Assembly (NCBI GenBank): GCA_030704615.1
Contig: CM060731.1
Coordinates: 45,074,001 to 45,138,000 of the forward strand
From: Takakia lepidozioides
Taxonomy: Eukaryota; Plantae; Bryophyta
Direction: 5' to 3'
DNA: 64,000 nt
Shown here: one piece after another, positions 1 to 12,000 of the stretch
Numbering within the stretch: the first letter of the stretch is position 1
Layout: each line of letters opens with the position of its first letter
Program-made: the position numbers and the translations under genes
Notes under the pieces: generated by a model
What the model saw: the letters and a program-made list of their open reading frames with translations, nothing else
What the model was told of the DNA's origin: nothing
Database searches by the model: none

Positions 1-83
1 TTGCGGAGCAACTGGATCTTATCATGCACTCGAAAACATATTGCAGAGAGATCTTGACCCTCTGGAGGAACCGTGATTGCTAG

Positions 84-2545
84 ATGGGCAGGGATGCGAC
101 AGACGCCCCTGCTCGGTTGGAAGAGTTATGGGATGGTGAAAAAATGAGGGTTTATCAAAAAATTTGGAACCCAGAGCAGGAGTGGGAGTTACCGACAGAG
201 TGCCCTAATTCAGCTTGTAGAATGGTGTACAATGCATTTCCAAGCAGGTCTGAATACTTGAGGCGTGGTTGGGACGATGTAAGAGCGGTGTATGACTTTG
301 AATGTTGGCGGTGTCAAGGCAGCATTGTAGCACCAAAGAAAATGTGCAAGGGTGACCCAAGGTACATCGCTTTGGGAGCCCATTGGGATGGGTTTTTGAC
401 AACAAGACGCAATTCAAGAAATTGTTGGGTACTAGAAGTAAATATCTTGAACGCAGGCAAGGGAAGTTCCATTAGTTTGTTGCCCGTGTTGTTCATTCCC
501 TTCAACACATGTCAAGAGGCTATTTTGGACAGGGTGAAGGATTCAAGGGCCTCCTTTTTACAACCTTTCATGGAGGAATTGGAGCAGATGTTTGTAGATG
601 GATTTCAAACCCATTTCCGATATCCTCCACGCTTGATTAGCAGACATCTGTCAACGGAGGAAGGGCCCGTAGTTATAAGGGCCATGTTGATGTTGTTCAG
701 GGGAGACCATCCTGCCCAATGCAAGATTGGAATGTTGAAGGCATCTGGTAAAGGGGGCTGCAGGAGGTGCGTAATGCATTCTACTTTGGTGGGTGGTCAA
801 TACGTGTATGATCATAACCGTCTGCAAGTTCATGATGCCCCTCGACGACGATCTGTTTAGGAATTGTTTAAGTGTGTTCGAAAGTGGAAACGTGCATCCA
901 CAAATGCTGTTCGAGAACAGCTTGGACGTGAGAGTGGTGTTTCAGGAGAGTCACCTCTTTGGCGGTTGTACCACCTCTATGCGTTTGACATCTCTCAAGA
1001 TCTAGTTTACGATATGATGCATATTGCAGGTTTGAACCTCTTCAAATACTTCATCTCCAAGCTATTCTCTGAAGTGGTTGGCCTCCAAGATGCCTCTGCG
1101 CTATTAGTAGAGATCACACATATATGCAAATGCGTCACCAGCACACGACCGTACGAACTCAAGCAAGGCAGGTGGCTGACTAATCCTGTAGAGAGGCATT
1201 CTGCATACATGGCTGAAGAAAATCAGCATTTCGTTCAATGGATGTTGCCGCACGTCCTTAATTTGCTGCACGGACGAATATCTCAGAGCAGGTGGACAAT
1301 TGGGTTCATTCTTGTGGATATTTCTCATTATTTTTTTAATTGGACAAGGAGGAAGGGATGGATGGTAGAGGACCTTGATGCTGTACGTGTCCTCCTCCAA
1401 GCATGGCGAGTGCACTCGGAGGAGCTGGATGGACCCAATGGTGCTCCTTTAGAACATGTTACAGGTGCTGCACATATTCTAGAAGATGTTCTTAGGTTTG
1501 GGCCCAATGATGTGTACTGGTGCTTTGCTTTTGAGCGCGAAGTCTCGCGCTATGGAAGAATAAAGACGAACCAAAAGTTCATGGAGACCACCTTTATTCA
1601 GTACTATTCACGGAGGCTTTTTAGCAGTGTGATGGATCAGGTTGGCGAGGAGAAGGATGGCCTCCAGATGGACCAGCGAGCCATTTTACTAATACACAAA
1701 CATCTTGTTTGTCCCACAGGTAATTGCATATGTTTATTATTTTTGTACCCAAATTGAGGGTGTCTAGAGCTTGTTGGCTGCCCAACTTCACTTGGTTTCC
1801 GCATCTTGTCCGAAATTTTTCTCACATAGTTTTTCCTTTGATGAGCAGGAGTTGATTGGGAGATTGAAGGCCGGTTTCGGTGTCCTCCGTGGCACAACAG
1901 GTGTGCCATGAGGGTAAGGAAGCCACAAAACTACTAAGGAACACGACTCATAACGCTTGTGCTGCAATGGTGCATCTCAAGGGGATTCTAATAGGAAACA
2001 ATGCTGTTGCGGGTGAAATTGCGTCCCCTGAAATTGATGAGTATTTGTGCATGCATATCATGGAGCAACAAAGAGATTCTTGGAGGGAAGGGGAATGGAC
2101 ATCCGCAATCCGCAAATTCAACTCCATCATGCTCCGGGGTGTCTTGTACAAAGTGGGCAGTGATGTAGTTGTTAAGCCAGATGATGTTCATGTAACACCC
2201 TTCAAAGTGAAAATCAGAACGATTTTCAGTCATGATTTTAGGAGCGAGGTTTCAGTCTACTTTGCTGCTGACTATTACTTGCATTTGCAGGCTGTGCAAG
2301 GACCCAACCGTGCACTTGTCGACCTTGTTGATGAAGTGACTGGGATGAACGTCATTCTTAAAGCCAAGATGTTTCTATTTGACTCCTCTTGCATTCGACC
2401 AATAGATTGCATCCTGCACAAGTTCATGGCAATAAATCAAGCACCTCAGAGACGAGCTTACAATATTGCATATGAGTTGCAAGATAACAAACGTCGCACA
2501 CGTTTGCTTACACAATGCCGAACTTTTCTTGAGGGTAGACTTTGA
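84..2545 (+). pseudogene. CACTA/En-Spm (Tnp2/TnpD-type) transposase pseudogene, probably starting upstream of the window
   Basis: ORFs 84-860 and 864-1757 share a frame and are separated by one TAG (858-860). Motifs HWDGF, FLQPFMEEL, GDHPAQCK...GCRRC, YDMMH and HILEDVLRFGP...WCFAFERE match CACTA transposases. Probable intron from ~1720 (GTAATT) to ~1848 (CAG), then a C-terminal segment 1880-2545. Confidence 0.85.
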
Positions 2546-5500
2546 GGTACACAAACAAACCAATCATTCCGATGTTTGTACTCGTTTCATGAGATTCTAT
2601 CCAAAAATCATTTGGACGGGCAACCAATCATTGACAGTTTGTGGGAATGGTAGCTTCCATTTTGAACGGAAGGGCGATGTGTTTTCCATATTTCATGTTG
2701 CCATGTGTGTCTTCATATTTGGTGTCTTCATACCTTTCTGTGGTGATGTACAGGATTTATATTTTCTCTTGTGGTTGGGATTGCATGATAGGCACAAAAA
2801 GACAGCTTTGAATGTAATGTGCTTGGATGTGCAGTCCTTTGGGTGGGCACTTTCCAACAAGCAATTATTCCACATCTATTTCAGGGTGAGTAGCTTCAAA
2901 GGTTCTAACTCTCCCTTTGTGTCACAACGTGCTCTGCTTCAGCACATCCCATATCACAGTCGCATATCTATGTGAGAGTGGGAGCTAGAGAAGCATTGCA
3001 TGAATCCCTTGTGTACAACCTTGATGTCTATACAAGCCCTTACATGAACTCTCAGTTCCCTGTTACAGGATGTCATCATTTGAAAAGAACAGCTCAAAGA
3101 CTGTGGGGAGTTGTGGCTGGACATTGTATGCACATTCAGTTTGTGAATTTCTCTGATCATAACAACCACAACTTTCTGAGAAGGGCCAGAACTGGGTGTG
3201 TCAAACAGTAACAGCAGAGGATCTGGGGAAAGATGAGGTGGATGTCGAGACTGTGGCTGCTGTAAGTTCTCTCATTTTGTCCACATCGTTGGCATTTACT
3301 GTGACTTGGATGGAAAGTAGTCTATGGTTTTGACGAAAGACTTCTAAGGAGGTTATATGCATATATTATATGCAACCTTTATTGAGAAGATTTATGTGGC
3401 AGCATAGGAGGTGTCATGCTCATCTAACGCATTTTCTTCCTGCGCATGAAGATTTAGCAAAGACTGGCGTCAGGGCTTTCAGACAAGTTGGACTCCCCTT
3501 ACACTATTCCAACAATTGCCCCTCGTCCTCTACTTATACTGAATGGTTTGTGTTGCTTCATCTTACTGGTGTTCAAAACAAGCAGGGAGCTACGTGAGTG
3601 CCAACAAGTAAGGCAAGCCTAGGAGCTCTTGAAAAGGACAGAGTCAACTTAGTCTCTTCAGATCTTTCCAAGGAAATGACAACACTTGGAAAACTGGACA
3701 CATTCAAAGAAAGACTGGGACAACTAAAAAGTGCCAGTGGACAAAAGCACCTATCCCACAAATATATACAAACACATGCACCGTCCTCAGTGCCGGACTT
3801 GGGAAGTCGGGGATTCACAGCAAGCACGGCTAGTGACAGCAAGCACGGCTAGTGGGAGCAAGCTTGAAATTTATTGTGATGTTCACTTACTCAGTTCTAG
3901 TCCACGAGGCCTGACTATAGACAGGTTAAGAGATGAGAGTCAAGGGCGCTTGCGGAAACCACCCTCCATGAATTCAATTGGGTCGGTCTTGCCCCACTCA
4001 TTGTCTATAGGGTCGAATGGATGTGAGAGAGGCAGTGGATTTGGATCTCATGTGAAGGCATTATCTTCATCAAAATTTTCTCGAAGCAGCAATGGCACAT
4101 CATACAAAAAAGAGACTCCTCCAGAGGATGATGATGCCATAGGTCAGTTATTCATGTCCCAATCAACTACTCTCACAAACCTCCTACTATCAATATCTTA
4201 TTGACCACATAGGGTGCAATACCTAGGTTGAAGCAAAGCTCATTTAAGTATTGGATGCATATTCCCTTCCTGATGTGAACTTTGTTACAAGCAGCTAGCA
4301 TCTTTCTCACAAAGGAGCGAAGGCAAGACAACATAAACACAATGCGAGATGACACAAATGAAAGACAACATGATGGGGTCAATTTGAGCCTGTTTCAAGT
4401 CAGAAAAACATGCCAAATGGAAAAGAAGCAAGTGAGGTTAGTCCTTCAAACCTCAGTGGGGGAAACATGACGACTGTGACTTTACATACAGGCATGTTTG
4501 GAAAAGCTGTGAATGATACTAATGAAAGCTCCCACATCACTGGCAACAGCAATAGTGGGAGTAGCAATGGCGCTTGGCCCGTACTAGATGAAAGAAATGT
4601 GGAAGAGACAGTTCGGAATCAACATTCTTCTCTCCCCAGTGTCGTGAAGGAATCTGGTGAAGGAATCTAGTTTTGGTACTGGAGCCCCCACTGTGGTTGT
4701 TGCGTGCTCCGGGCTTTACAAGCGTGTTAAGCCCAAATTTTCTGGTTAGTTAGCAGCCCCCTTCTCATTCGTTCATGTACAGGACTATTGTTTATAACTC
4801 TTCGTCTGCCATGGGTTGAGAATGTTGAGATGTTGTCGATGGGTGCTTCATCTCCATGTGAACGAGAGAATGTACCCATAAGCTGTTGTTTGTGTGAGGG
4901 AGGGAGGGAGGGAGGGAAGGGGAGCAAGGGCGAGAGAGGGAGCGAGCCCTTGAAGCGGTGGAAAAGAGACCCAATTAATGTGTTAACAAAGGAGAGTACC
5001 GTTACTTTGACTATTCTGTTGGTGCAAGCCCTGCAAGACGAGTATTGAGGGAAAATAAGGTTGCAACAAGCCAAGGGTCAGAAGTGTTAGTGGACAACAA
5101 CAAGATGAATCCTGAGAGCTTCCGAGGCTGTTTGGCCTGCAACATAAATGAAGATGGTAATGGTACCGGTGATATTTCAGTTGATCCTAGGAAGCGAAAA
5201 GCTGAGGGGAAGCCTTCCAGTGGGGATACCTCCCTACTTTTAACAGGGGAACCTTCTCCTAGGAACTCCTCTTTACTTCGGACAGATGATGGAGTGGCAG
5301 CTGCCTATTATGCAGTAGTGGTTACTTCACAATATCAAAAACTGTTTATGCTCCTCGTCTGGGAGAGTACACACTGGTTTCTTTTCATCTTAGAACACTA
5401 ATATCCTACATTATATCCAAAGATGCAGCCATGAGAATTGTGCATGTAATTAGTTCACGGTTTCTGGCGAAGAATAAGTTTCCTCGGTCAAGTTTTCACA

Positions 5501-5687
5501 TGGAAATATCAATCAAATTTCCTCATTTCCAGTTTTCAAGTGGAAATGTAGAACAATTTTCAAGTTTGCTCATGTGGTATTACCAAATTTCCACCACAAG
5601 TTTATTCTCTAGCAGGGAAATTCGAAATAAGTGCCTCCTACGTATTAAGGGAAATGGTCATAACCTCCTTGTGATGAGGTTCCCCTT

Positions 5688-7260
5688 TCACAACCCACGG
5701 AGCTTAACCCACAGCAGCAGTACATGAGTCCACCAGTTTCCAATACTCCTTTGCTTTCTGCTCCTTCTCCAGGACATGAGTCCAGACATTTGCAAGTCAT
5801 TGACTTTCTTGGTCAATGCTGTTCGGTCATGATTTAGTCCTAGCAACATGAACAGCAAGCACCACCAGGAAATTCACAACATGGATGATCCCACAGACCA
5901 AAATTACGTTGCTTGTTTTCTCTAAGGAGGTCACATTTCCAATTAGTTGTTTGTTTGGAGTTAGCCTGACAAAACACCAAAACTAAACAGCATGTTCCTC
6001 CCATTTCGCTTCTCCATGTAACCTCATGTCAAGAAACAACCCAACCCTGTCACTGTAGATTTAGAAAGCTCAAAAACTTTTTGATAGATATACAATGAAC
6101 TAGTAAGAGGCAATGCTACAGTAAACCTTTGCCCTGATGATTGGAACAGCCCGCACAGGGCTGTGTTTCCAAGACTGTTTTTGAAGCACTTGCCTAATTT
6201 GGACTTATTGACAGTACTATGGGCAGTACTTGATGATGACTTTCACAGTGAGGACACATCAATCTGTTGTCAGTGACATCCTAAGGTAAACTACAAACAC
6301 AGATCTTTCTAATGTATCAGTCCACAAGACAAATCTAGAAACTCCGAGAGAGAGATAACAAAACAAAACCTTAAAATGTAAGCACCAAATACAACTTCTG
6401 TATTTGAGGTAGCCTGGTGCCACAACGCTGTTTTGAGCCATTTGTGGATTTCTGATTTGGTAAATTCAAATAGACAAGACTTTCATCTTAACAATATACA
6501 CAACTGGTCTCTGATACACAACTGGCAATGTTTGAATAGAGACGTCTATCTATCAACTGACAGGCAATGATCAGAAAAGCTCAACCTTAAAAAACTGGAA
6601 TAACCTTCACATGATATATGCCTTTACATTGAAGCATCACTATATGAAAGTAATGAGATTCACTGGCTGCAGAATTACACATAGCAGGCAGCAGGCAGGC
6701 ACATGTTAATGTCTGCAAAGGATGGCCGCAATGTTGATCAGTCATCAAAGCGGATGGAACCATGCATCATTCAAAAAAATTCTAGACAACCTCCCAAGAC
6801 GGCAATCAAGGCTGCTCATCCCTTAACCGTCATACAAGGCTGCCATCTCCTCAACAGATCCTTGGCAAACATTGAAGTGAAGCCCAGTGAAGCAACCGGT
6901 TGAGGAGTTGGAAAACATGTCACAGATACATTCTTGGTATTCTCAGCTACTGAAAATAGTCATGAAAGATCTTAAGTAGCTGTGTTTTAAACATCATCGA
7001 ATACCAGATGCACAGTGCACCAGCACACCTCAATCACATCAGACTCTACCGTGACTGTGAGAAGAACCCATCCTCAACTAACCAAGAAACACTGGAGAGC
7101 AAACAGAGGCTCAAAATGAGCAAACATTTGGTCAGCTTCAAGCCTGAGCACTTTGCAGGCATCACCTGTAATTCTGGTAAGGTAGCATAAGACAGAATTT
7201 ACTAGGTGAACCAGGAAGAACTTCTACCGCCTGAACTTCCACAAACTTTGCAAGGATCGT
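5688..7260 (-). pseudogene. Multi-exon Cys/His-rich (PHD-finger-like) pseudogene
   Basis: Hand-spliced GT-AG exons 7260-7228, 7165-7126, 6949-6828, 6451-6393, 6280-6127 and 5839-5688 join in phase, giving DPCKVCG...ECICDMF...GCFTGLHFNVC...LMCPHCE. Two in-frame stops: TGA 6945-6943 and TAG 6196-6194. Confidence 0.5.
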
Positions 7261-8700
7261 CTGCAAGGTAAAAAGCTGATTTCCTCATAACGAGAAAAAT
7301 CGACTAATCATGTGATCAGCATTAGCATGGCTTGGAAATCATTGGAAATCGGATTAGTTCCACGACTGAAGAGAAATAAAGTAAAACTGTCTCATGCACA
7401 AAATCCTATAATGCTCACCAAACGCAAGTAAAGAGCTTCTCAGAAGGGATGATCAGCTACAAATAGTGAGGAAATTGCTTTGTTCGAAAGGGGACAAAGG
7501 GAGCAACTCTTAAAGACAACCACTACCATCCCCATCGAAGGATGAAATAAATGATCCTCTACTCCCGAACATGATCTTCCACCTTTCCTTTTCTAAGACT
7601 GAGTTACACCGAAGAGATCGTGTGAAAAGACTGCTGCTCAAAGCAATCGTTCTGTGTGCGGCAGCTACATCTGCGAGAATGAAAGCGATCCTTCACAGCA
7701 ACGAGTCTATGCACTAGACGCGGACAACATGCCTGGTAAAGTCCGTCAGAGAAGTTTATTAAATAAAACTGCACAGTGTTTCCACCTAAGCAGCAAAAGT
7801 CTCATCATCCGGGTCGATTGGACAAATAACTGGCGAAGCTACAATACGACAGACCATGACCCGTAACGAAAGTGGCCCACTGTGTATCGAGGTGAGACAC
7901 ACGTGCCCGAACGCAGTAGAAAGAAGATAAAAACCGAAAAGCTCAAGAAATAATAGCTGGTCGTCTGATAATACTGCGCAAGTGAAACAGACTTGCGAGA
8001 GAAAGAATACAGTGCTTCCCCAAATAGGGGCAGGCCAGCCGAAGAAAGCTGAAAGCTTCGGCTACCATCCACCTCGATCAGAAGTCATTGTATCTCAGCT
8101 TTATTACTCTACTTCTTTTTCATGTGCGGACCAGTTTCATCTTAGATATTCTATGGTCTACAGGCATTCAGTGATCACCAAATTTTATTTAAACTCTACT
8201 CTAATCCTCCGAAACTTCTAAACAACCACTCACTAGCAAGGAAAAAGGAGGGCAAAGCCCCTCTGCCACTCTCTTATGGTCCCCACCGTGGGCTCATAGT
8301 GCTCAAAAGGAAACTCCAAAAAAAGGAGACTTTAACAGTGTGTCTCAAGATCTGGGTACGAAAAACATCACCCATATCTGCCCAATACACCCAAAGCAGC
8401 TGTCCCGCACTGCGTGTGCGAGAGAGATAGAGAGAGGAAGAGAAGAGAGATCCAACAACACTACGCAAAAAAGGACAGATTACTGGAAACCAAAGCTTAC
8501 ATACGAACCTAGCGACAGTCACAGAGTAACAACAAACAACCCACAAGCAAGAAGCTGCTTGGAAGCGGCATATAAGAGTGTGGAAGGTGAAAGCAAATGA
8601 TACGAAAGACTGAGCGAGGAGGCAGTGAGAGGGTACAAAGCAAATCGCTAGCTTGCAGGTCTTCCCTGTCTCGCCGCCACTGCAGAAGCAAAGTGAATGA

Positions 8701-8977
8701 GTAAGGCACATCTCTAGGGTTGAGGGGGCCTTTTTGTAGACCCAGTTGATGCTTGTAAGATTCCACCAATTGATGATGGGTACCACACTGCCCTCTGCTG
8801 ACCAGAATTTGAACTCAGGGTCACTTGGTTGGCAAGTGCAGCAGGAGTACCCACACTACTGAGAACTCCTTGCTGCTGCATATCTTCTTCTTCTCTTTCT
8901 GTGGTGCTCAACAGAGTTCGAAAAATGTCAATCTGTCGTTGCATCAAGGTGCTCCTTTTTCGTTCTTTGGATTGCAG
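8701..8977 (+). other. Probable 5'-UTR intron of cpLEPA
   Basis: GTAAGG donor at 8701; pyrimidine tract plus TTGCAG acceptor ending at 8977, 37 nt before the ATG at 9015. Confidence 0.45.
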
Positions 8978-9014
8978 AGTTTACTGAGCGTGGGTTTGGA
9001 TTGAGGCAGAAAGC

Positions 9015-11235
9015 ATGGCCACAATGATGGCTGCAGCGACTGCCATTTCGGCCTTGGGAGGACGTTTATCTGCAAGGGAATCTCCTGGAACTAGCACAAC
9101 CGGTGTGGTGCAGAGCGCCCCTGTCCGAGCTTTGGCATCTGCTTCGAACCTCGTAAGAGCCTGAATTTTATCACATTCATGCATTTTGTAATTGGTGCCA
9201 TGTAAGTATGCTATCCTCATAAAGGTTTGTCTTTTGTCTCTCGCAGCTAGTGTCTGTGCAATTGACAAGGCAAAAGCGCAGCAGGGTTGTTGTGCATTGC
9301 GATATTTCTCAAGGACTAGGGCCCCAGGTCCGGGCAGCGGGAGCTGTCGAAGCGAAGCCCGTGAAGGTTGTCACAGAAAAGAGCAAGGCTGAAGCTGTTG
9401 AAGATGGAAAGGATCGTCTTGCCAAGGTGCCAGTCTCACACATCAGGAATTTTTCCATTATTGCGCATATTGATCATGGAAAGTCTACCCTGGCGGACAA
9501 ATTACTGCAGACAACAGGCACAGTATTAGCTAGAGACATGAAGGAGCAATTCCTTGATAACATGGACCTTGAAAGAGAGCGGGGCATCACCATCAAGCTC
9601 CAGGCTGCGCGAATGCGGTATGTGGGCAATGATGGTGATGCATACTGCCTGAACCTCATTGACACTCCTGGCCATGTCGATTTCTCGTATGAGGTCTCTC
9701 GATCTTTGGCTGCCTGTGAGGGTGCGCTTCTAGTGGTCGATGCCTCTCAGGGAGTGGAGGCCCAGACACTGGCGAATGTATACCTGGCGCTGGAGAGCAA
9801 TTTGGAAATCATTCCAGTGTTGAATAAGATTGACCTTCCAGGAGCTGATCCCGAACGAGTCAGAAAGGAAATTGAAGACATTGTTGGGTTGGATTGCAGT
9901 GAAGCCATTCTGTGCTCTGCAAAGGAGGGCATAGGCATTCAAGAGATATTGGAGTCTATTGTGCAGAAGGTGCCAGCTCCCAAAAATACAGCAAAGGACC
10001 CCCTAAGAGCCCTGATTTTTGATAGTTACTATGATTCCTACAGAGGGGTGATTGTCTATTGTAGGGTGATGGATGGAACCCTCAAGAAGGGCGATGGTAT
10101 CCAGTTCATGGCCAGTGGCAAGGAGTATGAGGTTGACGAGGTGGGCGTGTTGTCACCCACACAAATGCCTGTGAAGGAGCTCTATGCCGGAGAGGTGGGT
10201 TATGTAGCAGCTTCCATCAGGTCTGTGGCTGACGCAAGAGTAGGTGACACAATCACTGCGAGTGGAAGAAAAGCTTCACAAGCCCTGCCAGGCTACCAGG
10301 AGGCTACTCCCATGGTGTTTTGTGGTCTCTTCCCAATTGAAGCTGACCAGTTTCCGGAGCTGCGAGACGCTTTGGAGAAATTGCAGCTAAATGATGCGGC
10401 TTTGAAATTTGAGCCAGAGACATCCAGTGCTATGGGCTTTGGCTTTCGGTGTGGCTTCCTTGGGCTTCTTCACATGGAGATTGTCCAGGAAAGGTTGGAG
10501 AGGGAGTACAATCTCAATTTGATCACCACTGCTCCCAGTGTGGTGTATCGTGTTCTCTGTGCTGATGGGTCAACAGTGGATTGCTCCAACCCATCAGCAC
10601 TACCTGAAGCAGGCATCCGCAGGTCAATTGAAGAACCTTATGTGAAGATTGAGTTGCTAACACCCAAAGACTATATTGGACCTTTGATGGAGTTGGCACA
10701 AGACAGACGTGGTGAGTTTAAAGAGATGAAGTTTATTACAGAAAGTCGTGCAGCCCTCGTGTATGCACTACCTTTAGCTGAGATGGTAGGGGAATTTTTT
10801 GACCAGCTGAAGTCTCGAAGCAAGGGCTATGCAAGCATGGAGTACTCTCTTACAGGGTATCGTGAAAGTAAGTTGGTGAGACTTGACATTCTGATCAATG
10901 AAGAGATTGTGGACCCTCTTGCAGTCATTGTGCATCAGGATAAAGCCTATAGTGTGGGCCGGGCGCTCACACAGAAGTTGAAAAAGCTGATTCCCCGGCA
11001 ACTTTTCAAAATCCCCATTCAGGCGTGCATTGGGTCCAAGGTGATTGCCAGTGAGGCAATTGCAGCCATGCGTAAGGATGTTCTAGCCAAATGCTATGGT
11101 GGTGATATTACAAGGAAAAAGAAATTGCTCAAGAAACAAGCAGAGGGCAAGAAACGCATGAAATCCGTAGGCCGCGTTGATGTCCCACAAGATGCTTTCA
11201 TGGCTATTCTCCGGCTCGAGAAGGAAGTGGTGTAA
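9015..11235 (+). CDS. LEPA: Chloroplast translation factor GUF1/LepA (EF4); exons 9015-9152 and 9247-11235
   Basis: G-domain motifs [26 protein letters not shown] and NKID; LepA signatures [14 protein letters not shown] and [20 protein letters not shown]. Exon 1 encodes a 46-aa Ala/Ser/Thr-rich transit-peptide-like leader, joined in phase 0 across intron 9153-9246 (GTAAGA...CGCAG). Confidence 0.95.
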
Positions 11236-11649
11236 ATTGTCCATGTACGCTAGGATGGGGAAAGGGCAGAACTTTGTTCGATGCCCTTGGCTCTCGTGTC
11301 ACCTCGTTATTCTTTACGTGGCTCTCAAGTGAGCTGGAATTCCTTAAGTTTAGAGGCAGTACAAGTAGAAAAGAGACTCACGTAGAAGCTCAGGTGTACT
11401 GTGGGAGGAAACAGTACAGGATATATTTTCTTAGAAGGAAGCCTTCAGACAACGCAAGAAATGTGCTAGGTTTCTTACCATAAATGGTCTTCAAAGGCTT
11501 AACCAATCCTGATGATCTTACACTCGACAAAATTTGCCCACCACCAGTTGACTGTGACTGTTGTGGTGTCTAGGTTGTGTGTGAAAGGAAACCATGACTT
11601 CTCCATCAAAAGGTATCATCCCTTTTGGGTGACGTTTAATGGTACTAGC

Positions 11650-12000
11650 AAGAATGATGTGGAGCATGAGTTGTCTTCTCTACTGTCTTCTTCTGACAAA
11701 GTTAGGCATAAAACTTCCCTGAACCTGTTTCCAGTTGTGAGTTGGGTGAGGACCTTAAGGATGATCTGAAGGGCCTACCTACCCTAGACTGAAATGTAAA
11801 CTAAAAGTTGGGGAGTCTACCAGAGAGGAAAGGGAGATGCTCAATGCCCAATGTGTGGGCGGCCTGAAGACAATATCCATTTTCTCACAGTAAATTCTTG
11901 TCAACCATCAAGAACATAGTCATAGTCCCTGCTCTGTCCATCAACCTTCAAAGTCTCCAGGCTGAGCCTGAAGCCCTGACCCTGTTGGGGTCTAATTCAG
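11650..12000 (+). mobile_element. Decayed 3' fragment of the RTE/RTEX-like LINE family (ends approximate)
   Basis: Translates as VRHKTSLNLFPV, DDLKGLPTL and LQAEPEALTLLG, matching the C-terminus of the LINE ORF at 40922-44596. Confidence 0.75.

Noticed and set aside
6194-6945. Selenocysteine or RNA-editing rescue of the in-frame stops in the PHD-like gene
   Set aside because: One stop is TAG, U-to-C editing is organellar, and C-to-T decay is simpler and is also seen in the neighbouring transposase.
8714-8947. Antisense 77-aa ORF upstream of cpLEPA
   Set aside because: No recognisable motif; it lies within the probable 5'-UTR intron.
9250-11235. Bacterial lepA contamination or recent horizontal transfer
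   Set aside because: The gene has a spliced transit-peptide exon and is embedded in plant nuclear sequence.
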